Part shown: positions 1-6,855 of the stretch, piece by piece
How positions within the stretch are numbered: position 1 is the first letter of the stretch
Layout of the letters: every line of letters starts with the position of its first letter
IMG/VR virus record: IMGVR_UViG_3300017747_002857
Location: 1-39,236 of that record
Length of the DNA: 39,236 nt
Strand: one strand, 5' to 3'
Source: a virus
Lineage: Duplodnaviria; Caudoviricetes
Made by a program: the position numbers and the translations under genes
The notes under the pieces: generated by a model
What the model saw: the letters and a program-made list of their open reading frames with translations, nothing else
The model's database searches: none
Told to the model about the DNA's origin: nothing

Positions 1-123
1 AGACCACCAAAGCCGACGCCAAAGCCGCAGCCGACGCAGCATTCCAGAAAGACGCGGTCGGCGCGATGAAGGGCAAGGGCCCGGGCTTTCCGAAGTCGGA
101 TGAAAACCCCGAGGGTTACACGA
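1..123 (+). repeat. 123-bp direct terminal repeat, left copy (circular assembly overlap)
   Basis: Identical to 39114-39236; falls inside a CDS. Confidence 0.95.
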
Positions 124-452
124 AGGACGAACAGGCGCGCAGGCTGACGGCGAAGTCGACCGAGGGCGTGCGCGGCCGCAGCGACAACGGGCAGGAAGCG
201 GTCATCAAACTTGAATCGCTGCAGACGAAGGTCGCCCACCTCGTGCAGCTACACAACAAAGCCGAAGACGCGGCGCAGGATTACAAGGACGGCGTCAAAG
301 CGGTCGCCGAATCGTCGGGATTGTTGGCGGCCACGGTCACGAAATACGTGAAGGCACGCGCCGGCGACACCGACAAATTCGAAGACCAGAAAACGAAGGC
401 GCTGCAACTGGCCCTCGTGTTCGAAGAGGTCGAGGTCGACGCAAAAAAGTAG
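1..452 (+). CDS. GapR/DUF2312-like dsDNA-binding protein, 3' part (true start ATG 39092 across the circular junction)
   Basis: ATG 39092 with AAGGAG RBS is in frame with ORF 66..452. The C-terminal pattern LQTKVAHLVQLHNKAEDAAQDYKDGVKAVAESSGL..TVTKYVKAR resembles the GapR/DUF2312 helical fold. Confidence 0.55.
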   Translation, partial: TTKADAKAAADAAFQKDAVGAMKGKGPGFPKSDENPEGYTKDEQARRLTAKSTEGVRGRSDNGQEAVIKLESLQTKVAHLVQLHNKAEDAAQDYKDGVKAVAESSGLLAATVTKYVKARAGDTDKFEDQKTKALQLALVFEEVEVDAKK

Positions 453-456
453 GCTC

Positions 457-488
457 GCGCGTCCGGATGGAGAGAGTGCCGGGCGCGT
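457..488 (+). other. GC-rich intergenic hairpin
   Basis: GCGCGTCCGG...CCGGGCGCGT 10-bp stem with GU pairs just after the stop codon; U-tract is weak. Confidence 0.4.
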
Positions 489-514
489 GGCCGTTTCCCA
501 CCTGAGAGACAACA

Positions 515-1180
515 ATGATCGAAGCATTCCCGTTGTGCTGGCCTGAAGGCTGGAAGCGCATGCCGGCAGCTCACCGCCGGCGCGCGCAATTCAGCAAGGG
601 CGTCCGGCAATATTCATCGCAGCCGGGCGGATCGTCCTGGATGCGCAAAGGCGACCTGTCTGTGAGCGACGCGACCACGCGCATCCTGCAGGAACTCGGC
701 CGCTTCGGCGTGCTCGAGCGGCAGGACATCGTGATCTCGACCAATGTCCGGCTACGCATCGACGGCCTGCCGCGTTCGGGCGAGCGCGAGCCTGACGATC
801 CGGGTGCCGCCGTGTACTGGGATGATCCCTCCGCCGGCCACCGCTGCATGGCGATCGACCGCTATGACCGCGTTGCCGACAACCTTGCGGCCATCGCAGC
901 CACGCTCGAAGCCATGCGCGCCATTGAGCGGCACGGCGGCGCGTCGATTCTCGATCGGGCGTTTACCGGTTTCACGGCGCTGCCGGCGCCGGGTCAAACG
1001 GCCGGCGGCTGGCGCGAAGTGTTCGGCTTCGAGGCGCACGAGCAACCAGACCGCGACGAGATCGAACATAAATATCGACGTCTGCGCTCCACGCATCATC
1101 CGGACAACGGCGGCGATGCTGAGAAATTCCACTTAGTGCAAACGGCATACGAACAGGCGCGAAAGGAAACCGGCCAATGA
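515..1180 (+). CDS. Phage J-domain (DnaJ-like) protein
   Basis: C-terminal YRRLRSTHHPDNGGDAEKFHLVQTAYEQA contains the HPD motif; N-terminus MIEAFPLCWPEGW is typical of this phage family. Confidence 0.85.
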   Translation: MIEAFPLCWPEGWKRMPAAHRRRAQFSKGVRQYSSQPGGSSWMRKGDLSVSDATTRILQELGRFGVLERQDIVISTNVRLRIDGLPRSGEREPDDPGAAVYWDDPSAGHRCMAIDRYDRVADNLAAIAATLEAMRAIERHGGASILDRAFTGFTALPAPGQTAGGWREVFGFEAHEQPDRDEIEHKYRRLRSTHHPDNGGDAEKFHLVQTAYEQARKETGQ

Positions 1181-1371
1181 GCCAAATCACCCTCCAGCAA
1201 CAAATCGACGCCGTCGCCCGCGAAATCCGCATGCGCGAGAGCGTCTATCCCAGATGGGTGGCGGCGAAGAAAATGTCGCAGGACAAGGCCGACCACGAGA
1301 TTGCGGCGATGAAGGCGGTGGCGGCGACGTTGATGGGGTTGCAGGCCGTTCAGGAGCCGAAGCTGCTGTGA
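1177..1371 (+). CDS. Hypothetical phage protein
   Basis: ATGA and GTGA overlaps with both neighbours; helical 64 aa. Confidence 0.75.
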   Translation: MSQITLQQQIDAVAREIRMRESVYPRWVAAKKMSQDKADHEIAAMKAVAATLMGLQAVQEPKLL

Positions 1372-2045
1372 AAGAGCGCCCTATTCTGTTCAGCGCCACG
1401 ATGGTCCGCGCGATCCTCGACGGCCGCAAGACGATGACGCGGCGGGCGTGCAAGCCGCTCAATGCGTGGGAAGTCCAAGACTGCCGCGAAGCCCGTTTAA
1501 TCGATGGCGTTTGGCATGAAGCGATGATCGGCGCCGAGCAGCCATATGCAAAATTGCGCTGCCCCTACGGCCAGCCCGGCGATCGGCTGTGGGTGCGGGA
1601 AACGTGGCGCGAGAACGAAGGCGGCCATGCTTTCCACTATGCGGCCGATGGCACCATTTTGTCGAAACAACGTGACCCGGAAGTGCGGGCGTTCTTCGCG
1701 CGGCGGGCGCCGCTTTCGGCAACTCAATACAAGTGGCGCCCCTCGATATTCATGCCTCGCGCCGCCTCGCGCATCACGCTGGAAGTGACCGGCGTGCGCG
1801 TCGAGCGGCTGCAGGACATCAGCGAGCACGATGCCAAGGCCGAAGGAATACGCAGCGATCTGTTGCCGGCAAACGATGACGCCGGACACCCGAACTGCAT
1901 CTGCTACGTGGCTGAGCCTGACGACAACCACGCTTACGTTACCGCAAAATCCGCGTTTGAAAAGACGTGGGAAAACATCAACGGCGCCGGCTCGTGGGCT
2001 GCGAATCCGTGGGTGTGGGTTGTCGAGTTCAAGAGATGTTCCTGA
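1368..2045 (+). CDS. ASCH/PUA-fold phage protein
   Basis: GTG start with GGAG RBS; motifs KERPILFSATMVRAILDGRKTMTRR, CPYGQPGDRLWVRETW, WRPSIFMPRAASRITLEVTGVRVERLQDISE and NPWVWVVEF. Confidence 0.85.
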   Translation: MKERPILFSATMVRAILDGRKTMTRRACKPLNAWEVQDCREARLIDGVWHEAMIGAEQPYAKLRCPYGQPGDRLWVRETWRENEGGHAFHYAADGTILSKQRDPEVRAFFARRAPLSATQYKWRPSIFMPRAASRITLEVTGVRVERLQDISEHDAKAEGIRSDLLPANDDAGHPNCICYVAEPDDNHAYVTAKSAFEKTWENINGAGSWAANPWVWVVEFKRCS

Positions 2046-2245
2046 CCCGCGACGAGCTGATCACCTACACCGGCTGCAAACGCCGGAAGGACCAGCTCGC
2101 TTGCCTGAAGGCCAAGGGCGTGAAATGCGAGACGAACAAGCGCGGCGACATACTGGTCGCCCGCGGGCACGTCGAGCACCGCCTCGGCGTCGGCGAGCGC
2201 CCAGCGCCGGAGCCCGATTTTTCCGTTTTCGCCCGACCGGCGTAG
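2036..2245 (+). CDS. xis: Excisionase-like protein (DUF4224 family)
   Basis: MFLTRDELITYTGCKRRKDQ...PDFS, directly upstream of the integrase. Confidence 0.75.
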   Translation: MFLTRDELITYTGCKRRKDQLACLKAKGVKCETNKRGDILVARGHVEHRLGVGERPAPEPDFSVFARPA

Positions 2246-2255
2246 ACTACGCGCC

Positions 2256-3299
2256 ATGCCGCGCCACCGTTCCACCGATCACCACCTGCCGACCCGCGTT
2301 TATTTCAAGGACGGCCGATACCGTTATCTAGACCCGTCGAACAAGTGGCACACGCTCGGGCGCGAGTGGGATCGCGAGGCCAAGGAAGCGTTCGATCGCA
2401 TATCCAAGGACACGCCGGCGCCGCAAACTGTGAGCGCCCTACTCGGCGCATTCCTGACCCACCGCGAAGCGCAGGTACGCGCGCATGAAGCATCGGCGCG
2501 CACCCTGGAGAGTAACGAGCAGGAGGCGAAGACGCTGCGCCTGGTGTTCGGCCAGTTGCCGGTGTCAGCGGTCAAACGTCAGCACGTTGCGCGCTACCTG
2601 CGCGAGCGCACGGACAAGGATTTCAAGCCGGCGCCGGTGCGCGCAAACCGCGAGGTCGCCCTGCTGTCGTCGGCCTATGCGTGGGCAATGGGTCTACGCG
2701 ATTGGGACATCAACGAGAATCCCTGCTATGGCGTGCGCAGGAACACAGAGCGGCCACGCAGGCGCTACATCGAGACATCGGAGCTTGCGGTATGGAAGCG
2801 CACCGCCAGCGCCCGCATGCGCGCCTACGTGCTGCTCAAACGCCTGATGGGGTGTCGGCAGGGCGAGTTGCTCGCACTCGTCAAAGGCAACCTGCTCGAG
2901 CAGGGCATCCGCTGCGGCATCAGTAAGACCGGCAGGGTCAAGATCGTGCGCTGGTCGTGGGCGCTGCGCGTGACCATCAAGGCGGTTTTGTCGCTGCATC
3001 CGCCAGCGCCCGATCGCGACGACAACGTGGTGCCGTTTATCGACCCCATGACCGTGCCGCTATTCCCCGCGCGCAGCGGATCAGCACTGACCGGGCGCGG
3101 ATTCAAATCAGCCTGGGTGCGGGACATGAAGCCCTACCTTGCGGCGGGCGGTGCGCGCTTTCGTGAGAATGACATCAGGGCAAAGACGGCCAGCGACATG
3201 AGCACGGCCGGCGCGCAGGAGCTGCTCGACCATGCGAGCCCTGCGATTACGAGGCGGGTTTACCAGCGCGCACCAGTGAAGGTCCGGCCGCTGCGCTGA
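2256..3299 (+). CDS. int: Tyrosine integrase
   Basis: Catalytic pattern GCRQGE (R), KTG (K), ENDIRAK (H/N-x-x-R), LLDH, RRVY (Y); adjacent to attP. Confidence 0.92.
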   Translation: MPRHRSTDHHLPTRVYFKDGRYRYLDPSNKWHTLGREWDREAKEAFDRISKDTPAPQTVSALLGAFLTHREAQVRAHEASARTLESNEQEAKTLRLVFGQLPVSAVKRQHVARYLRERTDKDFKPAPVRANREVALLSSAYAWAMGLRDWDINENPCYGVRRNTERPRRRYIETSELAVWKRTASARMRAYVLLKRLMGCRQGELLALVKGNLLEQGIRCGISKTGRVKIVRWSWALRVTIKAVLSLHPPAPDRDDNVVPFIDPMTVPLFPARSGSALTGRGFKSAWVRDMKPYLAAGGARFRENDIRAKTASDMSTAGAQELLDHASPAITRRVYQRAPVKVRPLR

Positions 3300-3300
3300 A

Positions 3301-3460
3301 ATCTATAAAACGGGTTTTATATATTATAGATTTCGAAAAATGCCGCTCGTAAGTACTTGAATTGGGGTGGCTGATGGGACTCGAACCCACGACGACTGGA
3401 ATCACAATCTGTCTGATTTACGCTGAATTTTAAGAGTTTTTCGGAAAACCCTATAATTCG
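3301..3460. promoter_or_regulatory. AT-rich attP arms with probable integrase arm-type and IHF-like sites
   Basis: ATCTATAA (3301-3308) inverted with TTATAGAT (3324-3331); CTATAA again at 3451; TATAAAAC-gg-GTTTTATA (3304-3321); IHF-like ATTCAAGTACTTA on the - strand at 3350-3362. Confidence 0.55.
3363..3409 (-). other. attP: attP core = 3' half of tRNA-His(GTG)
   Basis: The - strand reads GATTGTGATTCCAGTCGTCGTGGGTTCGAGTCCCATCAGCCACCCCA: anticodon loop GTG, T-arm GGTTCGA, acceptor strand and CCA. The 5' half of the tRNA is absent. Confidence 0.92.
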
Positions 3461-3480
3461 ATTCCGCCCAATTGGCGCGA

Positions 3481-3999
3481 TCAGGGCGGCGCCCGATCCG
3501 CCTCGACTACCTGCTGGCAGGCCCTGAGCTGATCGGTGTTTCGGTCGGCGTCACTGGCGAGGGCGATAAGAGCGTCTGCAGTCTCAGCAGAAAGTCGGAC
3601 TCGCGCCGAACCATTATCGAAGCCGGCGCCGGCGGCAGCACCAATTGCGGCGTTTCCAGCAACCGGGGGGCAGGCGGCGTTGACCCACAGCCCGCCAGTG
3701 CGAGCAGCAGTACGAGCGGCAGCAAGCGCATTGTCTTTCTCCTTGAGTTTGGCTTGGTATTCCGTGGCGACGACCACCAGGTTGACGGCCATCTGGTGTT
3801 CGGCGGCGCGGGTCTTTTCCTCTGCCGCGTGGATCTTGGTTGCGGACTCGGCGTTGATTTTGGCTTCGCGGGTCGCCCATTCGGCCTGCACAACAGCCTT
3901 GCCGTCGCTGCGTTGCCATACCCCGACGCCGACGAGGCTCGCCGCCCACGCCACGCCGAGCGCGATCAGGACCCACGGGTTGATGGTTAGAGGGTTCAT
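3481..3999 (-). CDS. Inner-membrane spanin (Rz-like)
   Basis: N-terminal TM (WVLIALGVAWAASLVGVGVW), coiled coil, C-terminal DQLRACQ; ATGA overlap at 3996-3999. Confidence 0.88.
   Translation of the reverse strand: MNPLTINPWVLIALGVAWAASLVGVGVWQRSDGKAVVQAEWATREAKINAESATKIHAAEEKTRAAEHQMAVNLVVVATEYQAKLKEKDNALAAARTAARTGGLWVNAACPPVAGNAAIGAAAGAGFDNGSARVRLSAETADALIALASDADRNTDQLRACQQVVEADRAPP
3507..3731 (-). CDS. Outer-membrane spanin (Rz1-like lipoprotein) embedded in Rz
   Basis: MRLLPLVLLLALAG|C lipobox, Pro-rich, in an alternative frame inside Rz; AAGGAG RBS upstream. Confidence 0.88.
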   Translation of the reverse strand: MRLLPLVLLLALAGCGSTPPAPRLLETPQLVLPPAPASIMVRRESDFLLRLQTLLSPSPVTPTETPISSGPASR

Positions 4000-4388
4000 C
4001 TGCGCCTCGGCATAACGGAAAGGTCGATGTAGGTGCCGCCGACGTGGATCACCCACGCGAGGCGGCCGTGCGGTTTCTTGGTTGGTTTCTTCGCTTGCAA
4101 ATAGCCGACGTCGAATAGCTTGACCCCCTCAAGGATCGCCTTCAACAAAGTCGTCGGCGCCTGCGCTTCCTTCGTCCACGGCGCGGCGAGCAGATCAATG
4201 TCGCGCAGCAGAGAGCCATGCACTGCGATAGCGTAACCGCACTTGTGGGCGGCGCCACGAATTTGCCCGACCAGCGTGTTAAATTTCCCAATGGCGACGC
4301 GCATATTCTTGTTGCGCCATTTGCGCTGACCGTCGGCGTTCTCGATCGCGAGCTTGTCGGCGCGGGTCAATGCGGGCTTTACGCTCAT
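3996..4388 (-). CDS. Small protein with Pol-beta-like nucleotidyltransferase motif
   Basis: GYAIAVHGSLLRDIDLLAAPW...YIDLSV fits hGS-x-DxD plus a third Asp; translationally coupled on both sides. Confidence 0.55.
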   Translation of the reverse strand: MSVKPALTRADKLAIENADGQRKWRNKNMRVAIGKFNTLVGQIRGAAHKCGYAIAVHGSLLRDIDLLAAPWTKEAQAPTTLLKAILEGVKLFDVGYLQAKKPTKKPHGRLAWVIHVGGTYIDLSVMPRRR

Positions 4389-4777
4389 CGCCCGCTCACC
4401 TCAAGCTCGAACTCGTCGAGCTGCCCGACCGTCGCCCAGTACCGATCGAACCCGGCCGCCGCATTCAGCACGCACGGCTGGCCGTCGAGCATGCCGAAAT
4501 ACAGGCCGGTCAGCACGCACCCGAGTGAGTCGGTTTCTTTGTTGCCGCGGTGAAACAGCAGCAGGCTATGGCCCGCAACGCCGGTGATCTCGTGTGTCAT
4601 GTAGCCGCCGGCGTTGTACTTGCGCTTTTTGCACACGTAGACACCGGCTGGAATGACCGGCCGCAGATCGGCGAACGTTCGTTCGCAGGCGACAATCAAG
4701 GGGTAGCCGTTCTCGTCGAGCAGCACGCTGAAGCAACCGGCATCGACGATTGAAACGGTGGCGAGGGTGAGCCTCAC
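4385..4777 (-). CDS. Putative endolysin, DUF5675 / L,D-transpeptidase (YkuD)-like
   Basis: GTG start with GGGAG RBS and GTGA overlap; IPAGVY and LLFHRGNKETDSLGCVLTG (His/Cys dyad motif); position in the lysis cassette. Confidence 0.72.
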   Translation of the reverse strand: MRLTLATVSIVDAGCFSVLLDENGYPLIVACERTFADLRPVIPAGVYVCKKRKYNAGGYMTHEITGVAGHSLLLFHRGNKETDSLGCVLTGLYFGMLDGQPCVLNAAAGFDRYWATVGQLDEFELEVSGR

Positions 4778-5127
4778 CGCTGCATCTCCCGCAACGCCTG
4801 CGGCTTGTCCAGCCGCAGCGCCTTTCGCTCGACGTCGGAGAGGGTCAGCACGTAGATAATCGCGTCCATTTTCTTTTCTTGCTTGTCGACCGATACCGTC
4901 AAGTCTTTGACCGCAGCCGTCGCTACCATGTCGCGCTCGATTGTTCTGACTGCCCGCGTGACCGCGGCCATTTCGTGCTGCCAGATGCCATAACCGAGCC
5001 CGCCGGCAATCAGCAGAACGATGATGATCGTCAGCATCGCCGTGTTGCTGCCGCGATATTTGACGCCCCATCCGCCGGGGCCGGTCAGTTCGGTGTCGGT
5101 TGTGTCTTCTTGACGTGGCTCGGTCAT
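4774..5127 (-). CDS. Single-TM membrane protein, probable holin
   Basis: TM LTIIIVLLIAGGLGYGIW followed by a coiled coil; directly upstream of the endolysin; GAGGAG RBS. Confidence 0.55.
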   Translation of the reverse strand: MTEPRQEDTTDTELTGPGGWGVKYRGSNTAMLTIIIVLLIAGGLGYGIWQHEMAAVTRAVRTIERDMVATAAVKDLTVSVDKQEKKMDAIIYVLTLSDVERKALRLDKPQALREMQR

Positions 5128-5348
5128 CTCACTTGCTCCTCGGCGATTTTTGTTCCGGATGCACGGGCCTCAATGTCGGCCTTTTGCTGCGGCGTGGCGA
5201 GCACGGCAATCACGTCATCGACCGTAGGCGCTGGACGGACTAACAAAGCCCTTGCGGCCTCGTAGGCGGTAATCTCGGGCAGCGTTGCGGCGCGGTGCCC
5301 GACCTGGCAGTCGCCCACATAGAAAAATCCGTTTCCGTCAGTCCACAT
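5124..5348 (-). CDS. Small tail-fibre-associated (assembly chaperone-like) protein
   Basis: TAATG overlap with the tail fibre stop; MWTDGNGFFYVGD. Confidence 0.55.
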   Translation of the reverse strand: MWTDGNGFFYVGDCQVGHRAATLPEITAYEAARALLVRPAPTVDDVIAVLATPQQKADIEARASGTKIAEEQVR

Positions 5349-6853
5349 TACCAGCCCCTTTCGAAGCGCATCCGGTACTTCCAACTGGCAAGCGTCGCCG
5401 TGGCGATGACGCCGGTGGATTTTGTCTGAAGCCCGATACCCGCGCTGCTAACGAGCGTGACGCCCCCCGTCAGGCGGGTGCTCCACGGCGCGTAGATCAC
5501 GCCGTTTCCCGCGCCCTGCGGGTTTTGTATCTGGTCGCCGACTGCGTAGCCCGCCTCGGTCGTCGTGTTCTCGATTTCAAAAAGGCACTTCAGGAGGTTG
5601 CTGCCGATGTTGTGGTTGTAAGACACGGCGGCGGCGGCGGCCGGCAGCGTTGCCGTCCACGGTGCGGTGTAGCGCCCCATCAACGCATACCAGGTGATCG
5701 CGGTCACCACTGCACCGGCGACAGTGACCTCACCGACAAACACGTCATAGGCTTGCGCCGCCGTCGCGCCGTTGCCGACCTTCATCTGCATTTCTTGAAT
5801 GTTGAAGGTGCGCTGGTTCGCGGTCACGACATCCGCCCCGCCCCAGCGATACGTCGGCGCAAGCGTCGTGCTGAACTCGGTCAGCGAGCCGTCAGCGTTG
5901 ACCGTCACGCCGAGATACATCGTGCCGTTGACGTTGAGACCGGTCCACGAAGGGTTGACCTTCAGGCCGTTGCGATTAAGTCCGCCGTAGATGTTATTTC
6001 CGTTCGCGGCCGTGGCGACCAGCGTGTTTGCCTGGGTGACCGTCGTGCCGCCCGTTGCGCCGCCGAAGTTCGGCAGGCCATTGGCGTCAACCGTGCCGGA
6101 CAGTACGGTTTGCCGCACGCACGGGTCGCTGTTGATCCATGCTGCGTTGGTGCCGTCTGTGCTGAGGACCTTGCCGCCGTTGTTCGTCTGCGATGGCAAG
6201 CCGAAACCTGCCCACGTCGGATCAGCGCCCGCGCCATTGGTCTGCAGGAGTCTGCCCGCGGTGCCCGCCGCGAGTTTCGCCCATGCACCCGCCGCGCCCG
6301 CGTAGAGGATGTCGCCGCGCGTGCCGGCCGCCAATTTCACAGGCGTCACGGATCCATCGGCCGGGATCGCCAGCGCGACACTACCCGGATCAACGTATTC
6401 GATGCCGTTCTCGGTGGCGGTCGGACCCAGCACGTAAAGCGCATGTCCGACCGCCGACGGCAAAAGGCCGCTGAAGCCGCTGCCGATCGGCGCCACGATC
6501 GCGCGTACAATGGCTTCGGCAATTTGCTGGATCTGCATTTCGCGCAGATCAATATCGTCGTCGAGCGTTTCCTCGCGCAGATCACCGTTCGACTGATAAT
6601 CCTCCTCGCGCGTGTAGGGCACGTCGCGGTAGCGCAGCACCACCGTGCCGTTCGCCGGCGCCACCAGCATCGTGACATTGCCGCCGTTCGAATTGCCCAC
6701 GCCATCGACCGTGTAATCGGTGGTGAGCGCCATCTCGACGCCGTCGACCGTGACAACCAGGTGCGTCTGGTCGATGATCCGAAAGCTGTAGGGGAAAACG
6801 GTTGTGACGCCGTTGCCGGTGGAACTGTTTGGTGCGTATACGCCGACTGGCAT
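5348..6853 (-). CDS. Tail fibre (T7 gp17-like N-terminal anchor)
   Basis: N-terminus GNGVTTVFPYSF...DYTVDGVGNSNGGNVT...LDDDIDLREMQIQQ; G/A/T-rich fibre repeats (GDILYAGAAGAWAKLAAGTAGRLL; GKVLSTDGTNAAW). Confidence 0.9.
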   Translation of the reverse strand: MPVGVYAPNSSTGNGVTTVFPYSFRIIDQTHLVVTVDGVEMALTTDYTVDGVGNSNGGNVTMLVAPANGTVVLRYRDVPYTREEDYQSNGDLREETLDDDIDLREMQIQQIAEAIVRAIVAPIGSGFSGLLPSAVGHALYVLGPTATENGIEYVDPGSVALAIPADGSVTPVKLAAGTRGDILYAGAAGAWAKLAAGTAGRLLQTNGAGADPTWAGFGLPSQTNNGGKVLSTDGTNAAWINSDPCVRQTVLSGTVDANGLPNFGGATGGTTVTQANTLVATAANGNNIYGGLNRNGLKVNPSWTGLNVNGTMYLGVTVNADGSLTEFSTTLAPTYRWGGADVVTANQRTFNIQEMQMKVGNGATAAQAYDVFVGEVTVAGAVVTAITWYALMGRYTAPWTATLPAAAAAVSYNHNIGSNLLKCLFEIENTTTEAGYAVGDQIQNPQGAGNGVIYAPWSTRLTGGVTLVSSAGIGLQTKSTGVIATATLASWKYRMRFERGW

Positions 6854-6855
6854 GA

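Noticed and set aside
1-123. Terminal repeat as a biological T7-like DTR
   Set aside because: It lies mid-CDS in the early region and is most simply an assembler circular overlap; read-end data would be needed to claim more.
3363-3409. Functional tRNA-His gene
   Set aside because: Only the 3' half is present; the D-arm and 5' acceptor strand are missing.
5348-6853. BPP-1-like diversity-generating retroelement acting on the tail fibre
   Set aside because: No reverse transcriptase or Avd gene, and no TR/VR repeat pair seen.
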